41,445 nt of DNA from positions 1 through 41,445 of IMG/VR virus record IMGVR_UViG_3300024232_000027. One strand, given 5' to 3'. Shown one piece after another: positions 1 through 8,147 of this stretch. The DNA is from a virus. Its lineage: Duplodnaviria; Caudoviricetes. Numbering within the stretch: position 1 is the stretch's first letter; each line of letters starts with the position of its first letter. The notes beneath the pieces were generated by a model, which saw nothing but the letters and a program-made list of their open reading frames with translations, was not told the origin of the DNA and searched no databases. The position numbers and the translations under genes were made by a program.

Positions 1-14
1 GATGTAAAAAATAT

Positions 15-38
15 AAAAAAAAAAAAAAAAAAAAAAAA
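15..38 (+). repeat. Poly(A) tract of 24 nt
   Basis: Read directly; near the window start, so its length may be an assembly artefact. Confidence 0.8.
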
Positions 39-149
39 TAATAGAACAAACAAAACACCACCAACCGACCACTAATTAGGACAGGACCATGCAGGTAAGT
101 GTCTGTATACGGGCGGTCTCTGTACCTCTCTACCTACTAACATTAAAAC

Positions 150-162
150 TATCAATAGCTTG
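150..162 (+). promoter_or_regulatory. IHF-consensus site TATCAATAGCTTG
   Basis: Exact match to WATCAANNNNTTR about 90 bp upstream of the -35 at 250. Confidence 0.35.
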
Positions 163-249
163 CATATTAAATCGACAGGCCGGAACTAGCGAGCGGACCT
201 AGTTACGAACTTGGCATCGAAAAAAGTTCGTCGGACCTAACGAAAACAG

Positions 250-278
250 TTGACAGGAAAGCAGACCTATGATACACT
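250..278 (+). promoter_or_regulatory. Sigma70-type promoter with extended -10
   Basis: TTGACA (250-255), 17-nt spacer, TGn, TACACT (273-278); RBS AAGGAG precedes the ATG at 325. Confidence 0.85.
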
Positions 279-324
279 TCTATTCACGGTCGTAAGAGAG
301 CGACCTTAAACAAGGAGTCAGAAA

Positions 325-735
325 ATGGCCGAAACGAAAAAGGTAGACGCGTCGGTTGAAAAGGTTGGCGGACGGCAACTGGTAGACGCTAGCGGGCAGA
401 ATACCAAAGTAGATTTTAGTTTTTCTCACATGGTTTTTGCCTCTGTTGCTGATGCTAAGGAAAAGGGTCGGGTAGCATCAGAGGATGACATTCTGCAAAT
501 GCTCAATGCTAAGGAGAAGGCTAAGGAACGTGCTAAGGCTCAGAATAAGGCCGTGTCTGATGCTGGCTATGAGATTCCGAATGACGATGCACAGAAGTTG
601 CTTCGTGACATGATTAGGACGTTGGAGGCTAGCAAGCAATTCGTAGGTAAGGAAAGGGAAATGGCTGAGAAAACGCTAGGCACGACCTACGATGATAGCT
701 TGACGTTGGCGCCGAAGGTTAAGACCGAAGCGTAA
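325..735 (+). CDS. Hypothetical early protein (136 aa, charged, helical)
   Basis: Strong RBS, its own promoter and terminator; no family recognised. Confidence 0.8.
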   Translation: MAETKKVDASVEKVGGRQLVDASGQNTKVDFSFSHMVFASVADAKEKGRVASEDDILQMLNAKEKAKERAKAQNKAVSDAGYEIPNDDAQKLLRDMIRTLEASKQFVGKEREMAEKTLGTTYDDSLTLAPKVKTEA

Positions 736-757
736 ACTACTCAGTCTATCATAAGAA

Positions 758-798
758 TGGCCCGGTAAGGCAGATATACTGCCTATCGGGCTATTTTT
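758..798 (+). terminator. Intrinsic terminator
   Basis: TGGCCCGGTAAGGCAG-ATATA-CTGCCTATCGGGCTA stem followed by TTTTT. Confidence 0.8.
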
Positions 799-827
799 AT
801 TTGTATTGATAAAAACAGTGCAATTAT

Positions 828-1076
828 GTGCATACTCTATTGCTAGTTGTGATAGTATTGCTAATAGAGGTGCATATGAAATTGATTAGAGTACGTTGTC
901 TCATTTGTCTAGCGTGGCATTCCGTCGCTTTGACTGGCTCACATTGCCCACATTGTGGCGCGACTAGAATCGGCCATAAGCATTACGCGTATTCTGATAC
1001 GCTAGACAAGCTTGTCGAAATTTTCTCAGCGGTTCACACGCCGCTTGCGCTTCGGCACAATTACTACACGAAGTAG
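828..1076 (+). CDS. Small zinc-ribbon protein (true start may be the internal MKLIRVRC)
   Basis: CLIC...CPHC motifs; GAGGTG RBS before the internal ATG. Confidence 0.6.
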   Translation: MHTLLLVVIVLLIEVHMKLIRVRCLICLAWHSVALTGSHCPHCGATRIGHKHYAYSDTLDKLVEIFSAVHTPLALRHNYYTK

Positions 1077-1079
1077 ATT

Positions 1080-1268
1080 ATGACAAAAAAATCAGAATGG
1101 CTTGTTTGTGTCCGATGCGGAAAAACGGACAAGACTTCAACGGTTACGATTCCCCATCACATTGGAACAAAAAATTCTATGCATTGCCCTGATTGTGGAA
1201 ATGTCGATGGTAAGGCATTGCTTTGTCGTGATTGTTGCCCGACTGGTCATCAGACTCGCATCGGGTAA
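1080..1268 (+). CDS. Small Cys-rich zinc-binding protein
   Basis: CVRC, HCPDC and CRDCCPTGH motifs; starts just after the previous stop. Confidence 0.6.
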   Translation: MTKKSEWLVCVRCGKTDKTSTVTIPHHIGTKNSMHCPDCGNVDGKALLCRDCCPTGHQTRIG

Positions 1269-1390
1269 TCACGTCGTATTCAACCGATGCGGACCGTTTG
1301 CAGAATGCACAAGGAGAATGAGCATGATTAATCTACTGGTCATCTGGTGCTTGTTGGTGCTTTTCGGTTTAGTCACAGAGGAGAAGTAAA

Positions 1391-1606
1391 ATGTTTTCTA
1401 CACTCTACAGATTTTTCGACAAAATCCGGTTTCGCGCTACCGACATGAAATTAACACTCGTGATGTGTCGCGATGATGAATTCGCCAGCATGTCACGCGC
1501 GGATTTAATCAGGATGCGCGCGGCATGTTACGACCTAGCAGAAGCGATTACTGCATACGTGACAGCGCAGGATGTGCGCGACATTGACCACGACGAACGC
1601 GATTAG
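1391..1606 (+). CDS. Hypothetical protein
   Basis: GAGGAG RBS; followed by a terminator. Confidence 0.7.
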   Translation: MFSTLYRFFDKIRFRATDMKLTLVMCRDDEFASMSRADLIRMRAACYDLAEAITAYVTAQDVRDIDHDERD

Positions 1607-1621
1607 TTAGCATCACGAACT

Positions 1622-1653
1622 ATTAGCCCGACTAATAATCGGGCTAATTTTTT
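1622..1653 (+). terminator. Intrinsic terminator
   Basis: Perfect 10-bp stem ATTAGCCCGA/TCGGGCTAAT followed by a T run. Confidence 0.85.
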
Positions 1654-1700
1654 GGCCCATGACTTTACCGCGCAAACCACTTTGCCAAGAGCGCGCGCTG

Positions 1701-1790
1701 TTACGTTAATCAACGTAATGCATTACGCGGTTATACGTAATGTTAGCAGTGCTAAGTAAGTTGCTATACTATTTGCGAGCAGCTTACTAT
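1701..1790. repeat. Cluster of overlapping inverted repeats
   Basis: TTACGTT/AACGTAA (1701-1718), palindrome CGTAATGCATTACG (1714-1727), CATTACG/CGTAATG (1721-1742), TTAGCAGTGCTAA (1743-1755), AGTAAGTTGCT/AGCAGCTTACT. Confidence 0.7.
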
Positions 1791-1951
1791 TAATAAGTTC
1801 CTACCCGGTATATAGCTGCTAATAGAGTCTCATTAACTAGTATGGGTGGGTGGCATTCAGCTACAGCTATGGATTAACCTTACAGAATAGGGTCCCATAT
1901 ATCAATAGTTCCTTACGATTCCCACTATTTCACACCTAAAAATAATCCCGC

Positions 1952-1975
1952 AAGTCGTTCAAAATCAACGGCTTA
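1952..1975 (+). promoter_or_regulatory. Imperfect palindrome containing an IHF-consensus site
   Basis: AAGTCGTT-caaaatc-AACGGCTT; AATCAACGGCTTA (1963-1975) matches WATCAANNNNTTR. Confidence 0.4.
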
Positions 1976-1989
1976 CGCCGTTCCCCGAT

Positions 1990-2018
1990 TTGACTTTTTA
2001 TCGGGCCTATGCTACACT
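1990..2018 (+). promoter_or_regulatory. Sigma70-type promoter for the morphogenesis unit
   Basis: TTGACT, 17-nt spacer, TGn, TACACT; shares CCTATGnTACACTTC with the promoter at 250. Confidence 0.75.
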
Positions 2019-2093
2019 TCCCGCGACTAGGTTCTCTAGTCCTTTTACACCATAACAGTAAGATAAGTAGAAGGATAATGATAGGGTCTAGTT

Positions 2094-2666
2094 ATGCCTA
2101 TAGGAATAGTCAGTGACGAGGACTTTCTTAAAGAGTCTCATAATTCGGGCATCGTTCGGCCTACTAAGCCAGATGATACTAAGCCCGCGGAAGTAGAAGA
2201 TATTAAACGTGGTCGTCCTCCTAATAAGAAAGAAGTTCCAGAAGAACTAAGAGAAATAATCGCCAAGTCCGCGATTAATGGAGAAGGTACCGGATTAGAA
2301 ATAGCTAATGCGTTCGATGTATCTCCATCCTCTGTATCAGCCTATAAGGTAGGCGCGAACAGCACCACTCAGTATAACCAACCTAACGATTCCCTCCTAT
2401 CAGCAGTAACAGACCACAAAGATAAGATTAGTAAGCGCGCGACTCGCACGCTAATGGCTGCGCTTAAGAACATTACGACTGAGAAACTAGGCGCGGTCAA
2501 AGCGCGCGACCTAGCAGCTATCGCTAAAGATATGTCAGCGATTATAGCTGATATGGAACCGAAAGTACCAGTCACTCAGCAGAATCAGAACAACGTGCAA
2601 TTTGTATTCATGGCACCACGAGTCAAGACTATTGATGAATATCAAGTCATGACAGTCAGTGAGTAA
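2094..2666 (+). CDS. Putative terminase small subunit / HTH DNA-binding protein
   Basis: HTH-like GLEIANAFDVSPSSVSAYK, KRGRPP motif, helical middle; first gene of the late unit. The terS call is inferred from position. Confidence 0.5.
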   Translation: MPIGIVSDEDFLKESHNSGIVRPTKPDDTKPAEVEDIKRGRPPNKKEVPEELREIIAKSAINGEGTGLEIANAFDVSPSSVSAYKVGANSTTQYNQPNDSLLSAVTDHKDKISKRATRTLMAALKNITTEKLGAVKARDLAAIAKDMSAIIADMEPKVPVTQQNQNNVQFVFMAPRVKTIDEYQVMTVSE

Positions 2667-3970
2667 TGGCTAAACAAGTTTGGTGTAGACAGTTCACTAT
2701 AACGATTAGTTCCACACAGAATTCATTTAGTCCGTGTGGTGCACCGTCGTTAGATACAGATGCTAAGACTGGAACGCCTGCGCCTGCTGCTGGTACGATA
2801 GCTGATTTATTCGTTGCAATAGATGTTCTCCCTGCCGCTGGAACTACCAAAGTATTCACACTAGCCATTAACGGTACTCCTACCGCAATGGCTGTAACAT
2901 TAGATGACGCGCACACGTCGGGTCAATATAGTGGCGCGGCGATAACTGTTGCGGCTGGTGATTTAGTTTCAATCATTTATACTAAGACTGGTACGCCTGG
3001 TGCGTCTGCTGCTGCAACTATATCGTGGATGTGGAGTGGAACTAAATCCGTTTACATGGGTTCTAACTTCGCATTAAACACAACCACGCCTAGATGGATT
3101 GGATGTTTTTCGCCTAGTGAAACTAGTTCAACTGTTGCAGCTAATATCGTTCATAACGTAGTAGCGGCTGCTGGTAATATTACAGACCTATACGCTACAC
3201 TCGCTGCGGCTGCTGGCACGACAGGTTCATATACTTTCACCATATATAAAAATGGAGTCGCGCAGGATGGTAGTGGAGGAACACCTGACACGCGTGTTAG
3301 TCTTACTAATGCTGTTACTCGTGTTAGTGGTAACGCTTCATTCACATTACCTGTAGTCGCAGGCGATACCGTATATATTCAAGTAGATTCAGTTAGTTCA
3401 CCATCTACTAAAACTGGTGCAGTAGGTATAGCATTTCAGTCTACTACTGGTGGTGAATCTCAGATGTGTTGGTCATTAGCATCAATCACTGGCACAGGTG
3501 GTGGTGTTAATAGTTATAGTGGGCCTCATTTAGCTAACCTATCATGGAATACAGTAGGTAATAGAAAGTCCACAGTATGTGATAAGTTCAAGTTATACGG
3601 ATTACGAATGGTCCTAGCAACCGCGCCCGGCGGTGTGACTAGTAGGACATTTGTAAATGTTCAGAATGATATTGCTGGAACAGTCACTTGTACTATAACC
3701 GGTGTGGCTACTACTGGTTCTGACACTACACATACAGATAGTTATGCAGCAGCAGATACTATTTGTTTTCTTGAATCTGCTGTATCTGGTTCACCTGCTG
3801 CATCAATAGGAACAGTTGGATTTATTCAATTCGTTCAAGGTGGTAATCCTCCTGGTAAATCTCAGGGTGGTAATAAGAAAAATGGTGGCGGCGCTGTTAA
3901 TTCATTACAGCCCGGTGGAACTATTTGTATGACAATTGGTAACGCTGGTAATTCTTCTGAGGTCCAATGA
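2666..3970 (+). CDS. Thr/Ser/Gly/Ala-rich virion surface protein with three repeated beta-sandwich-like domains
   Basis: AGTIADLFV..FTLAING..VAAGDLVSI; AGNITDLYA..FTIYKNG..VVAGDTVYI; third degenerate copy ..YAAADTICF. Confidence 0.6.
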   Translation: MAKQVWCRQFTITISSTQNSFSPCGAPSLDTDAKTGTPAPAAGTIADLFVAIDVLPAAGTTKVFTLAINGTPTAMAVTLDDAHTSGQYSGAAITVAAGDLVSIIYTKTGTPGASAAATISWMWSGTKSVYMGSNFALNTTTPRWIGCFSPSETSSTVAANIVHNVVAAAGNITDLYATLAAAAGTTGSYTFTIYKNGVAQDGSGGTPDTRVSLTNAVTRVSGNASFTLPVVAGDTVYIQVDSVSSPSTKTGAVGIAFQSTTGGESQMCWSLASITGTGGGVNSYSGPHLANLSWNTVGNRKSTVCDKFKLYGLRMVLATAPGGVTSRTFVNVQNDIAGTVTCTITGVATTGSDTTHTDSYAAADTICFLESAVSGSPAASIGTVGFIQFVQGGNPPGKSQGGNKKNGGGAVNSLQPGGTICMTIGNAGNSSEVQ

Positions 3971-4614
3971 GTTCACAAGTCACACCCAAAAAGAATGCAG
4001 CGTATTCATTCTATTGCGCGCTCACTAGTCAGGCTAATACGAATGTCTTTCAAGCTAGTGCGACATTAACAACAGGCGATGTTAAAGTTTCAGTAGATGG
4101 CGCGGCGCTAGGTAATATCACTACGTTGCCAGTTGTTACTCCTGCTGCTAGTAAAGCTATTCTAGTCAGTCTATCATCGACTGAAATGAATGGTGATAAT
4201 ATTCAAGTTATATTCAGCGATGCGGCTGGTAGTGAATGGGCCGATGCTCTATTCAATATTCAGACCACTGCTAGGCAGGTCGATGATTTAGCATTTCCTC
4301 TAACAACTGGTAGAGGTTCACTCACTAGTACGACTGGTTCTATTGTAGTTACTTCGCTAGAGACACAAGCTAAAGCAGATGTTAATGCTGAAGTAGTAGA
4401 CGTAGTAACAGTAGATGTTGTAGCGGATTCAGTTCCGGCTGATGGAAGCAGACCTACATTAGCACAAGCCGCGTATATGTTAACACAGTTCCTAACAGAG
4501 CGCGCGGTATCAGGTCTAACAATGACAGTCAAGAAACCTGATGGCACTACGGCTCTAATGACATTCACATTGAACGATGCTGCTAATCCAACTAGTATCA
4601 CGCGCGCTACTTAA
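3967..4614 (+). CDS. Putative head fibre/decoration protein
   Basis: Thr/Ala/Val-rich; VKVSVDG..TTLP N-terminal domain and TVKKPDGTTALMTFTL C-terminus resemble phage fibre modules. Confidence 0.5.
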   Translation: MSSQVTPKKNAAYSFYCALTSQANTNVFQASATLTTGDVKVSVDGAALGNITTLPVVTPAASKAILVSLSSTEMNGDNIQVIFSDAAGSEWADALFNIQTTARQVDDLAFPLTTGRGSLTSTTGSIVVTSLETQAKADVNAEVVDVVTVDVVADSVPADGSRPTLAQAAYMLTQFLTERAVSGLTMTVKKPDGTTALMTFTLNDAANPTSITRAT

Positions 4615-4654
4615 GCTATTTGAATTCATTTGGTCAGAATAAGGAGAGAGAATA

Positions 4655-4903
4655 ATGGCATCACAGGTAACAGCGAACATCACACTATCTGGTAGAACTG
4701 GACCTTCGCTAGCTATGAGCAGTGTTTCATTAGCTAATGCATCTAGGCTAGATTTGGATTTCGCTGCGAGTCGTGGAACTGTTTATGTTAGCAATCCTAC
4801 GAACGCGCAGCCTAGGAAAGTTGAGTTCGATTTAGTTCTAACTACGACTCTAACCGACACAATCACTTCGCTGGTTAACGCTATTGCTATCGCTGGTTCC
4901 TAA
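4655..4903 (+). CDS. Small beta-rich structural protein
   Basis: AAGGAG RBS; TAATG coupling to the next gene. Confidence 0.65.
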   Translation: MASQVTANITLSGRTGPSLAMSSVSLANASRLDLDFAASRGTVYVSNPTNAQPRKVEFDLVLTTTLTDTITSLVNAIAIAGS

Positions 4904-5262
4904 TGCCTGTAGGTCAGTTAGTATCGCTCGGCGTTGGCAGTCCTGCTGATATTAAGCAATTAGTATTAACAGGACTAGTCAATCAACCTAGTGGAGCAGG
5001 CGTAGTCACTGCGGAGATTTCGTTAGATGGGGCTGTCGTATTGGCAGCTAACACTATCTATGTAATGCCTGCACGTATTGTAAACTTTGAATGGTATGTA
5101 GCGGCTGCTGCGATTATAGAAGGTTCATTAGACCAGAATACTTGGGTTACAATCGATACGGCTAGTGCAGCAGGTAATCGTCAGGTAACAGGTTCAGTAT
5201 GGCCATTCATTCGGCCTAGTGCTGTTACCACGATTCTAGTTAAGAAGGCCAAGAAGCTATGA
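4903..5262 (+). CDS. Small beta-rich structural protein, paralogous to the next gene
   Basis: LAANTIYVMPARIV..GSLDQNTW matches the next ORF. Confidence 0.65.
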   Translation: MPVGQLVSLGVGSPADIKQLVLTGLVNQPSGAGVVTAEISLDGAVVLAANTIYVMPARIVNFEWYVAAAAIIEGSLDQNTWVTIDTASAAGNRQVTGSVWPFIRPSAVTTILVKKAKKL

Positions 5263-5480
5263 CCACATCATTACTAATCGGTCCTACTCATACACTCACT
5301 CAGAACACTGTGTATGCTTTACCTGCTAGACAGGTCAGAATGTTATCGTCCGCTGTTCTAGCTGTGTCAGTAGATAATTCGACGTTCACTGATGTAGCAG
5401 CTACAACTACAGGAACTGATGTTACGGCTGGATGGGCGAAATGTACCACAGGTGCAGCAGTCGTAGTTTGTAGAGTATAA
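5259..5480 (+). CDS. Small beta-rich structural protein, paralogous to the previous gene
   Basis: LTQNTVYALPARQV..VSVDNSTF; ATGA overlap. Confidence 0.65.
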   Translation: MTTSLLIGPTHTLTQNTVYALPARQVRMLSSAVLAVSVDNSTFTDVAATTTGTDVTAGWAKCTTGAAVVVCRV

Positions 5481-5753
5481 ATGAAAGACTCAATGCTTGA
5501 CCCTGAATTTGTTAAGTATCTTTCGACATTAGGTATAGGTGGTCTACTAGCAGCGTTCATGTTCGCGTTTTATCGTAAGGACGTTCAGCAATATTCGCAA
5601 TTGTGGAAAAGTACAACAGACCAACTAATCGTAATAGTTAAAGAGAATACAGCTTCTAATATGAAACTAATCGCTCTAATCGAATCGCAAGAACGAAATG
5701 TTCTACGTAAAACCGATATTGAGGAAATGATGGATAGGCGGATTGGAAAGTGA
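5481..5753 (+). CDS. Putative holin (BhlA/UviB-like)
   Basis: One N-terminal TM (LGIGGLLAAFMFAFY) then RK and a charged coiled coil. Confidence 0.55.
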   Translation: MKDSMLDPEFVKYLSTLGIGGLLAAFMFAFYRKDVQQYSQLWKSTTDQLIVIVKENTASNMKLIALIESQERNVLRKTDIEEMMDRRIGK

Positions 5754-5986
5754 CATTTACTCCGGATGAATTAAGGAAACATATTGAGGAAACTCTCAAC
5801 TTAACTAATAGCACATTAGTTCCAGATAATCATCGAGGTGCGTTCGTAGCTTATTACGATGATGCGGGTGTAAGAACTGCTATTGCATTTAAAACTGAAG
5901 ATGGATGGGAAATTCAAGGTACTATAGCTTGGCATCAACATGAGAAGAATTTAGACTACGGCGTTAACGTGATGAAAACATGGTAA
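5750..5986 (+). CDS. Hypothetical protein: helix plus four amphipathic beta strands ending in Trp
   Basis: GTGA overlap with the holin; C-terminus LDYGVNVMKTW. Confidence 0.6.
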   Translation: MTFTPDELRKHIEETLNLTNSTLVPDNHRGAFVAYYDDAGVRTAIAFKTEDGWEIQGTIAWHQHEKNLDYGVNVMKTW

Positions 5987-6534
5987 CAGATACTGAGAAT
6001 CAGGTAGTTTCATTCGACCTAGTAGATAATCCTAATAAGCCGTGGCTTAATATACCGGGTGCTACTAGTGAGTTGGAATTAGACTGGTTACATTATAACG
6101 CGCACAACAAGAAACATATCTATGAGATTGGTTCTTTCTTTGGTCGTTCTACTGTAGCTCTATTAGCTAGTGGTAGTCAGGTCACAGCGGTAGATGATTT
6201 CAAAGGAATGCGCGAAGAAAAAATGTCTGATGCATTACGGTCAGATATTTATCATGAGTTTCTAAAGAACACGCGCAAGTATGAGAACTTAGACATATTA
6301 AAAATTGACCACGCCGAATTCGTTCCATCGAATGATTGTGATATGGTATTTATTGATGGCTCTCATTTATATGACCATGTAATGAGAGATATCCTAAAGT
6401 TCAGAAATCACAGAGATATTTTAATCTGTGGTCATGACTTTGCGTGGTGGAATTCCGTTAGAGCTGCTGTAATGAAACTGTTCTACGGAAATTTCAAATT
6501 AATTGGTCCTAACCTGTGGTATGTCAAACAATGA
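5980..6534 (+). CDS. Class I SAM-dependent methyltransferase (Methyltransf_24-like)
   Basis: YEIGSFFGRST, VTAVDDF, DMVFIDGSH.Y..V..D and ICGHDF motifs. Confidence 0.85.
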   Translation: MVTDTENQVVSFDLVDNPNKPWLNIPGATSELELDWLHYNAHNKKHIYEIGSFFGRSTVALLASGSQVTAVDDFKGMREEKMSDALRSDIYHEFLKNTRKYENLDILKIDHAEFVPSNDCDMVFIDGSHLYDHVMRDILKFRNHRDILICGHDFAWWNSVRAAVMKLFYGNFKLIGPNLWYVKQ

Positions 6535-8147
6535 AAAGAATCCTTGTAGCTATTCCGACTCAAGAGATGGCGCGCGCTGCTGCATTCTATGATTGGGTAG
6601 GTCTGATTAAAGTACCGGAAGGCTACGAACTATTACATACGCGCGCTCATGGTCAGTCACCTGCACGTAATCGTAACATTATGATTCAGCAGGGAATTGA
6701 TTTGAATTGCGATTATGTATTTTTCATTGATGATGACTGTTTAATTCCGCCTGATACTCTAGTCAAACTAGTAAATCATAACGTCGATATCGTCAGTGGT
6801 TTGTATTGCATGAGGAATTATCCTCATAAGCCTATTGTATTCGATGAAGCTCTTGATGATGGAACTTGTAGATGGACTCAGCTATCAGGTCCAGATGAAG
6901 GATTAAAAGAAATCGTAGCAACTGGAATGGGTTGCTTGTTAGTTAAGATTGATGTATTCAAGAAGATTCAAGAGAAACATAAGTATTGGGTTACACTAGG
7001 CGAATTAGAAGCTGACCATTGGTGTGATGACCTTTCATTCTTTAAAAGAGTTAGAGAAGCTGGCTTTCAAATTCTAATCGATTTGAATTGTCCAGTAGGT
7101 CACATTGCTAAATTAGCAATTTGGCCTAATAAGATTGATGGTGTGTGGCACATTACATATGATACAGACGGACCACAACGTCATTCATTTCCATTACAAT
7201 ACGAACAGCAAGCAAGATTAAGAATTCCATCTGAGAAGCGAGATACGACTTATCTGAATGGTGTAATGCAAATTCAGATTACGAATATTTGCGACTTGTC
7301 CTGTCCTAATTGTTCACAAGGATGCAATCTCAAAACGCATCCTCATTCAATGACATTAGAACAGTTCGAGCAAGCTGTCATTTCAGTAAAGGATTACTAC
7401 GGAGTCATTGGAGTATATGGCGGTAATCCTACGTTGCATCATCAGTTTCCGCAGATATGTGAGATACTAAGAAAACATATTGATTATGAGAGACGTGGAT
7501 TATTCGCTAATGGTCTATCGGGACATGGTAAGGTTTGCGCAGAGACGTTCAATCCAAAATATTCTAATCTAAACATTCATGGCGAAATGAATGTATACGA
7601 AGAATTTAAACGAGATTGGCCGGAAGCACTATTTAATGTAAAAGGATTCGACCATTCGCGTCATACGCCTTCATGGGTTGCTATTAAAGACATGGAAGAT
7701 ATGACACAGAATGAGCGGATTAAGGCTATTCTAGATTGTGATATTAATCGATACTGGTCTGCGTTCATTGGATTATATCGTGGTGAGTTGCGCGCTTGGT
7801 TCTGTGAAATAGCAGGTGCGCAGGCACGATTACATGAGGATGATACAGACTATCCTGACACGGGATTACCTGTTGAACCTGGATGGTGGAAATTACCATA
7901 CGATAGTTTCCATAATCAGATGGTTAAACATTGTTTTGAGTGTGGTATTCCTCTACGAGGTCAGGGTGAATTAGATAATGGTCCAATAGAATATGTTAGT
8001 GCGACTCATCTTCCTATTTACAAATTGAAGCGTGCCGATGGTAAGATGATTAAAGTCGTGAATCGTCGTTCTCAACTAGGTGCTAAGTTAGGTCGAGTCA
8101 CTGATTACATTGAGAATGGTTATTTAGAACTGGTAGGTTCTAAGTGA
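6531..8147 (+). CDS. GT-A (GT2-like) glycosyltransferase fused to a radical SAM domain
   Basis: N-half: ILVAIPT, ARNRN, YVFFIDDD, VSGLY, TGMGCLLV, DDLSF. C-half: QITNICDLSCPNC (CX3CX2C), GGNPTLH, FANG and further Cys including CFEC. Start moved to 6531 (ATGA overlap). Confidence 0.85.
   Translation: MKRILVAIPTQEMARAAAFYDWVGLIKVPEGYELLHTRAHGQSPARNRNIMIQQGIDLNCDYVFFIDDDCLIPPDTLVKLVNHNVDIVSGLYCMRNYPHKPIVFDEALDDGTCRWTQLSGPDEGLKEIVATGMGCLLVKIDVFKKIQEKHKYWVTLGELEADHWCDDLSFFKRVREAGFQILIDLNCPVGHIAKLAIWPNKIDGVWHITYDTDGPQRHSFPLQYEQQARLRIPSEKRDTTYLNGVMQIQITNICDLSCPNCSQGCNLKTHPHSMTLEQFEQAVISVKDYYGVIGVYGGNPTLHHQFPQICEILRKHIDYERRGLFANGLSGHGKVCAETFNPKYSNLNIHGEMNVYEEFKRDWPEALFNVKGFDHSRHTPSWVAIKDMEDMTQNERIKAILDCDINRYWSAFIGLYRGELRAWFCEIAGAQARLHEDDTDYPDTGLPVEPGWWKLPYDSFHNQMVKHCFECGIPLRGQGELDNGPIEYVSATHLPIYKLKRADGKMIKVVNRRSQLGAKLGRVTDYIENGYLELVGSK

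Noticed and set aside
15-38. Poly(A) as a retro-element or polyadenylation trace
   Set aside because: No reverse transcriptase or target duplication; homopolymers near contig ends are often artefacts
1102-1389. 95-aa ORF overlapping 1080-1268
   Set aside because: The overlapping Cys-rich ORF is better supported; only a short hydrophobic peptide after AAGGAG near 1311 may be real
5980-6534. DNA methyltransferase explaining the motif biases
   Set aside because: Lacks DPPY/NPPY and PC catalytic motifs; the motifs fit small-molecule or sugar O-methyltransferases
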